DNA of 53,692 nucleotides from Candidatus Woesearchaeota archaeon (GCA_038884975.1 JAWAAW010000001.1:86465-140156), one strand, 5' to 3'. Shown: positions 28,414-37,894, counted from the stretch's first letter. Notes: a model not told the origin generated them from the letters alone. Made by a program: numbers and translations.

Positions 28414-29228
28414 TTCTGCACAATAAAATCAACGCAAACCCTGTTCTGCCTGACACCAACCTGACCGCATTCAGTGACTTTAAGGATTTTGCACTTCTTT
28501 TTTGCTTTCTTGCATTCTTGCCTTACAATTTCTGCAGCAGCATTCCATTTGTCTTCTGGTTGAAAGTCATAAAAATGAAGAACAGTCCCCTTCTTTGAAG
28601 CCTTGAGGGCAACATCAAGAAATTTCTCTGCCTTTTGAGGCCAAGGCATTACTATACGGTCAAACTTTAATTTTGGAATTGTCTTTTTTGCATCACCCTT
28701 AATCAGTATTATCTTGTGGCCAAGCTTGTTTCTTTTCACGTTCTCAACAGCATACTTGTGCGCCTCAGGATTTGCCTCAATGCCATAAATTTTGTAAGCC
28801 CGTGACAATTTCGCAATCACAAGAGGATAAGGCGCAACACCAGAGAACATAACAAGAACAACCTCGCCGGGCTTGACTTGTTTTGCTATCCGTTCACGTT
28901 CATTGGCAAGCCTTGGCGAGAAATAACAGGACTCCACATTCAGCGCCATTTCAACACCAAACTCCCTATGCACTGTGGTTTTTCTTTTTTCGCCAGCAAG
29001 AATCTCAAGCGGTTGCTTCCTGAACCTGCCAATGTGGCCCCCTTTCTTCCTGACAGCAACCTTGAGGTGAGGCAACAAGTCGAGTAATGTTTTTGCAATG
29101 ATTTTTTTCTTTTTCTCCAAACGGCGGTCAATCTCGAGAATAGCAATGTCACCTATAACGTCAAAGCCCCTTAGCAATGAAAGTTCTTTTTCGCTGAGCT
29201 TTCCTTTTAGTGCTTCCTTCAACCTCAT
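28410..29228 (-). CDS. Trm5/Taw2-family tRNA methyltransferase
   Basis: FDVIGDIAIL, YFSPRLANER, MFSGVAPY, DRIVMP. Confidence 0.88.
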   Translation of the reverse strand: MRLKEALKGKLSEKELSLLRGFDVIGDIAILEIDRRLEKKKKIIAKTLLDLLPHLKVAVRKKGGHIGRFRKQPLEILAGEKRKTTVHREFGVEMALNVESCYFSPRLANERERIAKQVKPGEVVLVMFSGVAPYPLVIAKLSRAYKIYGIEANPEAHKYAVENVKRNKLGHKIILIKGDAKKTIPKLKFDRIVMPWPQKAEKFLDVALKASKKGTVLHFYDFQPEDKWNAAAEIVRQECKKAKKKCKILKVTECGQVGVRQNRVCVDFIVQN

Positions 29229-30256
29229 CAGAAATCACCAAGCCCTTTTTGCTGCCTTTTGCTGTGTTGCTCCTTCAGCTCAGCAAGAGTTTTTTCAACA
29301 CGCTCAATGCCAAAATCGTGCCCTTCAACAAGAAATTTCTTTATTCCATCAGCATCAGGCGCTTTGAAAACAAGCTTGTAATCCTTGGTCACAGGCATTT
29401 CCTTGAATAACTTAAATATTTCCTGCCAGGGAATGCTGCAATGTTCTGACCATTTTGCAGATAAAAATATTTTTTCAGGAGTCTTCTGCTCCTTTACCAA
29501 CGCCAATGATTTTTTTGGACCAAGACCCTTTATGCCGCCGGGATGATAATCGGTTCCAACAAGGATTGCAAGACAAATAAGCTGGTCCTGGGTAATGCCG
29601 AGCTCATTAAGCAGGTCTTTCAGCACAATAATCTCTGGCTTGACAACAACAGTGGCAAGGGCTCTTGTCTTTTTCCTCCTTCCTGCGATTGAAAGATTTT
29701 GTATAAGCCTGTCAGCGCCATGCAGCAAGGCATCATAATCCTGACTCACAACAGCCCAAGCATCTCCATTCTTGACAAGAAAAGCCGCCTGCGCGTCACC
29801 CTCGCAAGGGGCCTGAATCACAGGAACACCCATCAAAGCAAGAAGCTTTTTTGCATCCTCAACCATTTCCTTTGTGAGCCGCGCCGTTCTTGCAGCATAC
29901 TTCTGCATTGCCTCAACATCCTCTTCAGCAACAGCTTCTTCATACTTTTTTTGAGCTTCAAGCTTTGCCTCTGCGCGCTTCTCAATTTCACTGTGCTTGA
30001 GCTCAGGAACCTCACCATCAAAAACAAAAACCGGCTTCAAACCTTGTTTCAGAAAACTTGAAGTCCTTGAAAACAAACCAATAAGGTGAGATGTTATCCT
30101 TCCCTTGCTGTCAGTCAATAATCTTCCATCAGGAGTCCTTATTGTTGTAAGGAACTGATAAAGTATGTTGTAGCCGTCAACAGCAAGCACTTTGCCCTTG
30201 AGCTCTTCAAACGAAATCTCTTTTTTAGCAACAATCTCCTTAAGATTAACACCCAT
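29228..30256 (-). CDS. fen: Flap endonuclease 1
   Basis: AVDGYNILYQF, EGDAQAA, SQDYD, GTDY..GGIKGLGPK; C-terminal PIP-like QKGLGDF. Confidence 0.97.
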   Translation of the reverse strand: MGVNLKEIVAKKEISFEELKGKVLAVDGYNILYQFLTTIRTPDGRLLTDSKGRITSHLIGLFSRTSSFLKQGLKPVFVFDGEVPELKHSEIEKRAEAKLEAQKKYEEAVAEEDVEAMQKYAARTARLTKEMVEDAKKLLALMGVPVIQAPCEGDAQAAFLVKNGDAWAVVSQDYDALLHGADRLIQNLSIAGRRKKTRALATVVVKPEIIVLKDLLNELGITQDQLICLAILVGTDYHPGGIKGLGPKKSLALVKEQKTPEKIFLSAKWSEHCSIPWQEIFKLFKEMPVTKDYKLVFKAPDADGIKKFLVEGHDFGIERVEKTLAELKEQHSKRQQKGLGDF

Positions 30257-30263
30257 TTTCTGA

Positions 30264-31241
30264 TTACACCTGCTTAACAGTAAGCCCTTTAAGCTCCTTT
30301 AACAATTCGCTTGCCGGCTTTGTCAGCGTTCCAGGAGACAAAAAGAGCACTGGAAGCTTCCTGAGCTGACCCTGAACATAGGCGTGGCTAAGGTCTGCCT
30401 CCCCAACCTTTACCTTGTTCTTTGCCTTGCAATAATAATTGAGATTTCCAACGGGTGAAGACAGCTGTATGACAAAATCATACTCGTTCTTTTTCTTTAA
30501 AACAACCTGCTCGAGCACGGTGATGTTACTTGAGGCAAAAAACGCAATAAGCTTTTGAAGGAACGGGTCATCTGTTGACAATGCTTGTGATGCCGCCTCT
30601 GCGGGAACAACAGGCTTTGACTCTTCTGCTCTTGAAATTCCAGCAACAGGTTCTGACTTGGGCGCACTCACCTGCTGAACTGCCTGCTCGGCAGGAGCAA
30701 CGATTGTCTGCGGCGGCTCAACCTTCACTTTTTTTGCCCTTGGCTTCCTTGGCTTCTGGACTTTTGGAGCTTCTGCTGCTGGCGCCGGTGCCTGCTGCTG
30801 GAACGACTGCTTAATCACTTCTGCAGCCTCTTCGTCAGTCAAAAGGTAAAACTTCCAAAACAACAACTTGTTTCCATCCACAACCACGTCAAGAGGCTTT
30901 GCAAAATCCTTAATGCTCCTCAAAGAAACCCTTGTGAGCGGGTCAAGTGCGGCGTCATTAAGAACCTTTTTTTCCCTGAGAAGATACACTGTTTTCCTAT
31001 CCTTTTCATTAAGGTGCTGGACAAAATCAAGCAAATGCTCGGGATGGTCAGGATGATAATACAAAGGCGAGCTTCCAACCTTTAAATGAGAGACCTTCAG
31101 AAGGCCTTTTTCACTCATTTCAGAAAGCATTGCGCTTGCAAGCATTGAATCGGTCAACAATTCCTTTGCCACTTGCGTTGGCTGAACCGGTCTCTGCTCA
31201 ATCATTGCCCTAATCCTGTCACGATAATCAAGAGCACCCAT
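30264..31241 (-). CDS. Hypothetical protein: wHTH-like N-terminus, Pro/Ala linker, nuclease-fold-like C-terminus
   Basis: PTQVAKEL...ASAMLSEMSEKGLLK pattern; linker APAPAAEAPK; YDFVI...YYCKAK. Domain calls are tentative. Confidence 0.6.
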   Translation of the reverse strand: MGALDYRDRIRAMIEQRPVQPTQVAKELLTDSMLASAMLSEMSEKGLLKVSHLKVGSSPLYYHPDHPEHLLDFVQHLNEKDRKTVYLLREKKVLNDAALDPLTRVSLRSIKDFAKPLDVVVDGNKLLFWKFYLLTDEEAAEVIKQSFQQQAPAPAAEAPKVQKPRKPRAKKVKVEPPQTIVAPAEQAVQQVSAPKSEPVAGISRAEESKPVVPAEAASQALSTDDPFLQKLIAFFASSNITVLEQVVLKKKNEYDFVIQLSSPVGNLNYYCKAKNKVKVGEADLSHAYVQGQLRKLPVLFLSPGTLTKPASELLKELKGLTVKQV

Positions 31242-31284
31242 ACAATAAAGCCAGTAAACTGATGTATAAATAGGTTGTGCCAGC

Positions 31285-31815
31285 TCAAGGCTTTAGCCAC
31301 CGAACTTCCCAATAACTCACATCACCCTCATCATCTACAACGCAAATGAGCAAATTCTTTTTCGTGCTATGAGCCACCCTGTTCCTTGCAGCAAACTCCT
31401 GCCAAGTAAGCCCGTCATGCTCGCTCACAGGATAAGCAATCCACCTGGCGTGATCCTGACCTGGCTTAATGCCGCGGTCATAAACGCGGAAATCAGCACC
31501 AAACTTTAGCGCGGTCTTGACAATGTAACCCCGGTCACGCAAGTCCTTAAAAGTTGAATACCTCACCCAGAAATTTCTGTCCTTTTTCCTCGCCTTTGCA
31601 ATAAGAGCATCAAGTTTTATAGCCTTGTTTTTGTTGTCATAAACCTTCAGACGCTTCTTGGCAGTAAGATAAACAGCCTCTATGGGCGAAAGCTGGACCC
31701 TCCCATTATCAAGAAGGCCTCCAAAGCTGGCTTTATTGAAAAGCTCCCTTGCCTCATCAGTGTTCTCTGTCCTTACAACATCGCCCTCAAGCAATGCCTT
31801 TACTGGTGTTGTCAT
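31285..31815 (-). CDS. endA: tRNA-splicing endonuclease
   Basis: LSPIEAVYL, DLRDRGYIVKTALKFGADFRVY, DHA, RVAHSTKK; single-unit size (176 aa). Confidence 0.95.
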   Translation of the reverse strand: MTTPVKALLEGDVVRTENTDEARELFNKASFGGLLDNGRVQLSPIEAVYLTAKKRLKVYDNKNKAIKLDALIAKARKKDRNFWVRYSTFKDLRDRGYIVKTALKFGADFRVYDRGIKPGQDHARWIAYPVSEHDGLTWQEFAARNRVAHSTKKNLLICVVDDEGDVSYWEVRWLKP

Positions 31816-31870
31816 AATACAAAAAATAATTGAGAAGGTTTAAATACCTTCCGTCTTAAAAGCAAAAATT

Positions 31871-32767
31871 ATGGAAATCACGATATTGGGAACAGCAGGC
31901 TCAATGCCAACCAAGGAGAGAAACGTCCTTTCAGTATTCCTAAAGTACAAGGCAGAGGGACTGCTTTTTGATTGTGGGGAAGGCACGCAAAGGCAGATGA
32001 AAATGGCAGGAATACCCCTGTCAAAAGTCACAAGGATATTCATAACACACTGGCACGGAGACCACGTCATTGGGTTGCCCGGCTTATTGTTCAGCCTTGG
32101 ACTTACCGTGTATGATTTCTCGGGAACAATAGAAATTTACGGCCCTGTCGGCACAAGAGAAAGGCTTGGCCACCTTTTCAGCGCAATAGAAGGCGCCAGA
32201 AACATAAACATCAAAGTCCACGAAGTAAAGTCAGGAACAATCCTTGAAACAAAAGACTTCCGCGTTGAATGCGCGCCACTAAAGCACAGCGCACCAACAG
32301 TCGGCTACGCATTCATCGAAAACGACAAGAGAAAAATGGACGTAAAACTTCTCAAAAAACACGAAGTACCTATCGGTCCCCTTGTTGGCAAATTGCAGGA
32401 AGGCCACACCGTAACAATCAACGGCAAAAAAATAACCCCTGACCTGGTCAGCGAAATCGTTCCGGGAAAGAAAGTAGCTTACATAACAGACAGCGTCATG
32501 TGCGCAGGAGCCCAAAAGCTTGCAGAAAACGCAGACCTTGTGATTTGCGAGGCAACCTACACAAGCGAGCGCACAGAAGAAGCGCACGAATATGCACACA
32601 TGACAGCACAGGAAGCAGCACAACTCGCTTCTCGTGCAAATGCCAAAAAACTCATATTAATACACTTCTCAGCAAGGTACAAGAACGTTTCAGAGCTTGA
32701 GGAAGACGCAAGAAACATCTTTGACAACACACAGGCAGCAAAAGACCTGATGAAGATAAAGCTCTAA
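31871..32767 (+). CDS. rnz: Ribonuclease Z
   Basis: DCGEGTQRQ, THWHGDH, GP exosite arm, EATY, HFSARY. Confidence 0.96.
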   Translation: MEITILGTAGSMPTKERNVLSVFLKYKAEGLLFDCGEGTQRQMKMAGIPLSKVTRIFITHWHGDHVIGLPGLLFSLGLTVYDFSGTIEIYGPVGTRERLGHLFSAIEGARNINIKVHEVKSGTILETKDFRVECAPLKHSAPTVGYAFIENDKRKMDVKLLKKHEVPIGPLVGKLQEGHTVTINGKKITPDLVSEIVPGKKVAYITDSVMCAGAQKLAENADLVICEATYTSERTEEAHEYAHMTAQEAAQLASRANAKKLILIHFSARYKNVSELEEDARNIFDNTQAAKDLMKIKL

Positions 32768-32771
32768 AAAA

Positions 32772-32929
32772 CCGAAAAGCATAAGAATAACGCACCATTT
32801 CTTGCCCTTATGACAAGCAACCGGTAGTTTCATCGGCTTGTTTTGCTTAGTTTTCTTTTCATTTCCCTCCCAGTGTAACCTGTCTGGGAGTGGCAAAAAT
32901 TTAACAAGCCAAACAAGAGGCAAAACACC
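32772..32929 (+). promoter_or_regulatory. Promoter plus structured leader with 5-codon uORF (MTSNR) upstream of the ABC operon
   Basis: CCGAAA at 32772; ATG 32810 to TAG 32827; stems ACAAG/CTTGT with CCGGT/ATCGG, then a U-rich tract; CTCCCAG/CTGGGAG; GGCTTGTT/AACAAGCC. Confidence 0.5.
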
Positions 32930-33907
32930 ATGAACAACATAATCCAAGTAAAGGACCTGAAGAAGCAGTTCAAGACAATCAAGCGCGGACAGGGAATTAT
33001 TGCAGCCTTCAAGAGCCTTGTAAAGCCCGAGATAGAGTACAAACAAGCACTGAAAGGCATAAGCTTTGACATCAAAGAAGGTGAGATAGTCGGACTCGTC
33101 GGTCCGAACGGTGCGGGCAAAAGCACATTGCTCAAAATACTCTGCGGGCTTCTGTGGCCTGACAGTGGCGAAGCAAACGTAATGGGAATGAAGCCATGGA
33201 AAGACAGGATAAATTACGTGGCCAAGATAGGCGCAGTTTTCGGCCAAAAATCAAACCTGTTCTGGGACCTGCCGCCAATTGACTCATACTACCTTAACAG
33301 GGACATCTACGGCATACCACAAAACGAATTCCTGCCAAGGATGAAAAAACTCATCAAACTCCTTGAAATCGAGCAAATTTCAAGGACGCCAGTCAGGGAC
33401 CTCAGCCTTGGGGAAAGAATGCGGTGCGAGGTAATACAGGCATTGCTCCACAATCCGCGGCTCGTGTTCCTTGACGAGCCAACAATCGGGCTTGACATAA
33501 TCGCAAAGGAAAAGCTCAGGGACTTCTTACTCAAACTGAACAAGGAGCAGAAAATAACATTCGTAGTCACAACCCACGACATGCAGGACATAGAACGCCT
33601 GTGCGAGAGGATCATAATAATCAACCATGGAAAAATAATATATGACGGTCCGCTTGAGGAAATCAGGCAGAAATACCTTACGGACAAGCACATAGAAGTC
33701 AAGCTGGCAGAAAAAGCAGAAAAATTCTCATTCAAGGGCTGCAAGGTGATACGGCAGCAGGAATATGACCTTGAAATAGAGCTTGATACGAGGAAGGCAA
33801 AAGTTCAGGACCTTATCAATTATTTGCTGAAAAACTTTGACGTGGCAGACATCATTGTGGCTGACCCGCCAATTGAGGAAATCATTGCAAAAATTTACAA
33901 AACATGA
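32930..33907 (+). CDS. ABC exporter ATP-binding subunit
   Basis: GPNGAGKS, VFGQKSNL, LSLGERM, LDEPTIGLD, TTHD. Confidence 0.93.
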   Translation: MNNIIQVKDLKKQFKTIKRGQGIIAAFKSLVKPEIEYKQALKGISFDIKEGEIVGLVGPNGAGKSTLLKILCGLLWPDSGEANVMGMKPWKDRINYVAKIGAVFGQKSNLFWDLPPIDSYYLNRDIYGIPQNEFLPRMKKLIKLLEIEQISRTPVRDLSLGERMRCEVIQALLHNPRLVFLDEPTIGLDIIAKEKLRDFLLKLNKEQKITFVVTTHDMQDIERLCERIIIINHGKIIYDGPLEEIRQKYLTDKHIEVKLAEKAEKFSFKGCKVIRQQEYDLEIELDTRKAKVQDLINYLLKNFDVADIIVADPPIEEIIAKIYKT

Positions 33908-34695
33908 GCTTAAACCAGCAAATCGGGCTAGCACACGTGGGAATCAAGACCGCAATGCGCTACCGCTGGGAGGCAATCGCGGTAATAATCACAACCCCAA
34001 TCACGCTAATCATTTATTACTTTTTGTGGAAATCTGTCTTTGCATATACTGGCGCTGAAACAATACGTGGGTTTGCATTCAATGAAATGGTGCAGTATTA
34101 TGTCCTGTCAATGCTGGTTGGATTTTTTACTTGGTCAGAAGTGGACAAGTGGATGGAAAATGACCTTGTCCACGGATGGATCGTAAAAGGAATGCTAAAG
34201 CCTGTCGGGCTCATCCCGTGGTATCTTAGCTTTGAAATTGGAATCAATGCGTACAACATAGTCACGCAAATGATTCCTGTATTCTTGATAGGTGTTGTGT
34301 TTTTTGGTCTCCACATCGCCCCCGTACTGCCATTCCTCGGATTCCTTTTATCAATAGTTTTTGCATTCCTTATATATTTCGGAATGGCATTCCTGCTCGG
34401 TCTTGGCTCATTCTGGATGAAAAGAATATACGGCCTCAGAAGGGTCAGAAGGATGGTTGTTGCTTTTCTCGGCGGAAGCTTCATTCCGATCGCATTTTTC
34501 CCCCAATCAGTCCAGGCAGCTTCACACTTTCTTCCATTCCAATACGCAAGGTCAGTGCCAATCCTGATTTACCTTCAGCGCGCGCCGCTGGCAGAATCAT
34601 TGCTGGCACAGCTTGCATGGGTTGTTGTGCTTTACACAATAATTTATTTCGTGTCAAAAAAAGCTGCAAGGCGTTATGTGAGTGTGGGATTATGA
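33904..34695 (+). CDS. ABC-2 type permease
   Basis: Six-TM pattern; LGGSFIPIAFFP; LPFQY; ATGA overlap. Confidence 0.88.
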   Translation: MSLNQQIGLAHVGIKTAMRYRWEAIAVIITTPITLIIYYFLWKSVFAYTGAETIRGFAFNEMVQYYVLSMLVGFFTWSEVDKWMENDLVHGWIVKGMLKPVGLIPWYLSFEIGINAYNIVTQMIPVFLIGVVFFGLHIAPVLPFLGFLLSIVFAFLIYFGMAFLLGLGSFWMKRIYGLRRVRRMVVAFLGGSFIPIAFFPQSVQAASHFLPFQYARSVPILIYLQRAPLAESLLAQLAWVVVLYTIIYFVSKKAARRYVSVGL

Positions 34696-35477
34696 AATAC
34701 CCAAAGCTTGCCGGAAAAATGATGCAGGTCCAGCTGAACAAGGAATTTGCGTACAAGACAAACTTCATCATAACAATCATTGGAATGGCACTTGGAGACT
34801 TTATCGGGCCATTGATGGCAATGATAATTTATGGCACAACAGTCGGAATTCCAGGCTGGACCCTTGACCAGTTCCTTCTCTTTCAAGGAACGCTCATACT
34901 CGTGTTCGGGCTAGGCCACGCGCTCTGCATGAGCTTCTTTTGGGTCACATTAGAGGCAATCGAACGCGGGGACTTTGACAAATACCTGCTGAAGCCGTAC
35001 AATTCCTGGCTTTACATCACTGCAGCAGGAATTGACTGGGATGGATTCATTGAAGTAATATTCGGGCTGGTTTTGACAATTTACGCAATGATAAAACTGC
35101 AAATAAGCATTGCAAATACGGGGTTTTGCTATTATCTCGTGCTCATAGGAGCGGGGGTGCTGTTCCAGTCAGCACTCATAACGTTTGTAACAGCAGGAAG
35201 CTTTATCACTGTAAAAAACGAGGCATTATACAACCTGTTCATGAGGATGTTTGACTTTGCAAGATACCCTTTAACGGTTTATGGTGTTGGCCTGAGGATT
35301 TTTCTCACATTCTTTTTCCCTGTTGCAGTAAGCTCGTTTTATCCAGCAGAAGCGCTCATCAGGGGAATGGGAATTGCAGAACTGATAATGGTAATCACGC
35401 CTGTGATTGTTGTTTTTTGTCTTTCCCTGTGGGCGTGGCACGTGGCAATAAGAAAGTACACAAGCGCGGGCGGATGA
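34692..35477 (+). CDS. ABC-2 type permease (DUF990-like)
   Basis: IPGWT, RGDFDKYLLKP, FARYPLTVY, C-terminal KYTSAGG; ATGA overlap. Confidence 0.88.
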   Translation: MKYPKLAGKMMQVQLNKEFAYKTNFIITIIGMALGDFIGPLMAMIIYGTTVGIPGWTLDQFLLFQGTLILVFGLGHALCMSFFWVTLEAIERGDFDKYLLKPYNSWLYITAAGIDWDGFIEVIFGLVLTIYAMIKLQISIANTGFCYYLVLIGAGVLFQSALITFVTAGSFITVKNEALYNLFMRMFDFARYPLTVYGVGLRIFLTFFFPVAVSSFYPAEALIRGMGIAELIMVITPVIVVFCLSLWAWHVAIRKYTSAGG

Positions 35478-35520
35478 TTCAAAAGTTTATATAACAAATT
35501 TTAAATACAACTTTGCATTT

Positions 35521-35631
35521 ATGGTTTCAGAAATGCGCATATCTTTCAGGAGGCCCAAAGAACCTGTTTCTCCTGAACCAATACTTGTTTCTGAGGATGC
35601 AGAATCTGATCTTGATCGGAATGTTGCCTGA
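35521..35631 (+). CDS. Putative 36-aa small protein (or structured sRNA)
   Basis: MVSEMRISFRRPKEPVSPEPILVSEDAESDLDRNVA; TTTATATA at 35486; fills the intergenic gap; below the ORF-track cutoff. Confidence 0.4.
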   Translation: MVSEMRISFRRPKEPVSPEPILVSEDAESDLDRNVA

Positions 35632-35636
35632 AAGTA

Positions 35637-35858
35637 TTAAGCTGGCTTGGCTGCAAGCTTCACGTCACTTGCCTTCACTGTCTTTCTTCCTGCGTGCATT
35701 GCGAGCTTGACAGCACTCTGTGCTATCTTTTCAGCATATTCTTCCAATACTTCCTTTAATGCCGCCTTCGCCTTGTCAGAAACACGCTCTGCGCCTGCCG
35801 TCTTGATTATCTTTTCCATTGCAGCCAGAGGAATGAGCCTTTTTGATATTTGAGCCAT
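35637..35858 (-). CDS. Archaeal histone (HMf family)
   Basis: IPLAAMEKIIKTAGAERVS...HAGRKTVKASD; 73 aa; GGTGA RBS. Confidence 0.95.
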   Translation of the reverse strand: MAQISKRLIPLAAMEKIIKTAGAERVSDKAKAALKEVLEEYAEKIAQSAVKLAMHAGRKTVKASDVKLAAKPA

Positions 35859-35890
35859 AAAATCACCCCTTTTGTGCGAATGAAGGATAA

Positions 35891-35900
35891 TTATATATAA
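35891..35900. promoter_or_regulatory. Palindromic TATA element between the divergent histone and hjc genes
   Basis: TTATATATAA in a 64-bp divergent gap. Confidence 0.55.
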
Positions 35901-35922
35901 ACGTTGCGCTGGGTAGAGATAT

Positions 35923-36324
35923 ATGGGTGCAAAAACAAAAGGAACAGGCGCAGAAAGGGAACTAGTCCACTTGTTCTGGAAAAAAGACTGGGCAGCCTCA
36001 CGAGTGGCAGGCTCAGGAAGCATCAAGTACCCGGTGCCAGACATCATTGCGGGAAAAGACAAGCGAGTGCTCGCGATAGAATGCAAGACAACAAAAGACG
36101 ACTGCCAATACCTAACAAAAGAGGAAGTTGACGACTTGAAAAAATTTGCAAAAATAACAGGAGCAGAACCCTACGTTGCAGTAAGGTTTGCCCGCGAAGA
36201 ATGGCGTTTCTTGCACCCCGACGAACTTGACGTAACAATCTCGCAATTCGCCGTGAGCAAAAAACTGGCGCTTGAAGTGGGAAAACTTCTTGATGAAGTA
36301 ATTGGCACAACGAAAGCTATATAA
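35923..36324 (+). CDS. hjc: Holliday junction resolvase Hjc
   Basis: KGTGAERELV, RVAGSG, PDIIA, IECK. Confidence 0.93.
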   Translation: MGAKTKGTGAERELVHLFWKKDWAASRVAGSGSIKYPVPDIIAGKDKRVLAIECKTTKDDCQYLTKEEVDDLKKFAKITGAEPYVAVRFAREEWRFLHPDELDVTISQFAVSKKLALEVGKLLDEVIGTTKAI

Positions 36325-36353
36325 ACAACCACCAAACGTTTTTAAAGAAGAAA

Positions 36354-36911
36354 ATGGCAAAAAAGAAGGCACACAAAAAAACGGCCAGACAGAAAGTAGC
36401 AAAACCAAAAAGCAAAACAGATTTTCTCACAGAAGTCATTCGGGAGGTTGCGGGTGAAGACGTCCTGCCACTAGTCAAGGCACTGAGGAAGAAGAAAAAC
36501 GTTTCGGAATTCAAGCTCGCAGATGCAATAAAGAAGGAAATCAACCTGACAAGGAATATGCTTTACAGGCTATACGACCACCATCTTGTCACGTTCATAA
36601 GAAAAAAAGACAAGAAAAAAGGATGGTACATCTATTACTGGACATTCAACCCAAAAAGGGTTAAAGAACTTGCTTGGAACTTGAAGAAAAACAAAATTGA
36701 AAAACTAAAGGAGAGGCTTGCGCGCGAACAATCAACCAAATTTTTTGCGTGCGCAAACAAATGCATACGGCTCGACTTTGACCAAGCAACAGAATTTGAA
36801 TACAAATGCCCTGAATGCGGTGAAATGCTTCAGCAAGAAGATAACACAAAACTCATCGCAGACTTACAGAACGAAATCAATAAACTTGAAAAAGAGCTAA
36901 AACCTAAATAA
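36354..36911 (+). CDS. tfe: Transcription factor E alpha
   Basis: wHTH with RNMLYRLY and GWYIYYW; Zn ribbon CANKC...CPECG. Confidence 0.92.
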   Translation: MAKKKAHKKTARQKVAKPKSKTDFLTEVIREVAGEDVLPLVKALRKKKNVSEFKLADAIKKEINLTRNMLYRLYDHHLVTFIRKKDKKKGWYIYYWTFNPKRVKELAWNLKKNKIEKLKERLAREQSTKFFACANKCIRLDFDQATEFEYKCPECGEMLQQEDNTKLIADLQNEINKLEKELKPK

Positions 36912-37620
36912 TCCATTGAAAATCCTTCTTCACATTCGCAATGAAATCTTTGTGTGAATAAACACCATGCTCTGAAAGAATGCCAAGAACCAAGCCCGCA
37001 GGAACAATTTCGTTGTTTGTTTTTGTGTGCCATTTTGGAACAACATGCCACGCTGTTGCAACAGCATAAACAGGAATCCCACGAGCCGCCGCAAGTTCCG
37101 CTAACAGCCTTCCACCCTTCTTTACAAAAATACCCTCCTTCGTAACAGCCTCTGGCTCTAGCAACACCAAATTGGCATTGTCCAATGATTCTGCAGCAGC
37201 CAGTGGTTTGTAATACTCAAGTTTGTGGACGGGCAAATACTGAAGCGCTGACTGGTCTGCATGAATAAAACGTATACTTTTCGCGTTTTTTAAAAAAGCG
37301 GTGTTTGAAATTGCAAGTGGGTGGACAACAACCACTTTGTTCCTAAGCTTTTGAAGGACAAAATTAGTCATCTGGCTAAAGCAAAAATTAATGTGTTTTT
37401 TTGTCTGTATCGTCCTTGAAAGCAATTCCTTTGCGGGCTCGGCATGACCAGAAGGGTGAGCAACATAAAAAAGGGCGTTTGCGGTGACGACATCAAGTAT
37501 TTTGCCCTCAAGGTGCTTGGAGAAATTTAAGATTGCCTTATCAGGAGAATGCCGGCGCAATAACTCCATAAAGGTGTTCAAGTATGGATGTACCGGGCTC
37601 GAAGCGGTCGCACGAGCCAT
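36904..37620 (-). CDS. Degenerate eIF-2B / ribose-bisphosphate-isomerase family protein
   Basis: C-terminal pattern LVLLEPEAVTKEG..KKGG..LA..A...GIPVYAVA...ILSEHG matches the family layout, but GAD and NKIG are altered. Confidence 0.6.
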   Translation of the reverse strand: MARATASSPVHPYLNTFMELLRRHSPDKAILNFSKHLEGKILDVVTANALFYVAHPSGHAEPAKELLSRTIQTKKHINFCFSQMTNFVLQKLRNKVVVVHPLAISNTAFLKNAKSIRFIHADQSALQYLPVHKLEYYKPLAAAESLDNANLVLLEPEAVTKEGIFVKKGGRLLAELAAARGIPVYAVATAWHVVPKWHTKTNNEIVPAGLVLGILSEHGVYSHKDFIANVKKDFQWII

Positions 37621-37626
37621 TTTTCA

Positions 37627-37824
37627 TCAGCGCTTCCTGCGCAAACCCCTTTCTATTGCCTGTTCTTCTACGAGAATCTTGTGGGCAATGTTGTCTATGT
37701 GCTCCTCAATCCTTGCAACGCGGCGCTCCATCAGGATAAGCACGCGAATACTATACACGATGGCAGCCAAAGTTCCAACAATCACTGCAAGGGTAATCCT
37801 CAAGACCATATCATCAACAGCCAT
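37627..37824 (-). CDS. Small single-TM protein with coiled-coil tail
   Basis: 65 aa; GAGGTG RBS; one TM helix, then ERRVARIEEHID. Confidence 0.7.
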   Translation of the reverse strand: MAVDDMVLRITLAVIVGTLAAIVYSIRVLILMERRVARIEEHIDNIAHKILVEEQAIERGLRRKR

Positions 37825-37894
37825 AAAACATCCACCTCGTTTATTGATAACAATACAGAAAATTGATTTAATAAGAGTATAAAAAGGTTTGGTT

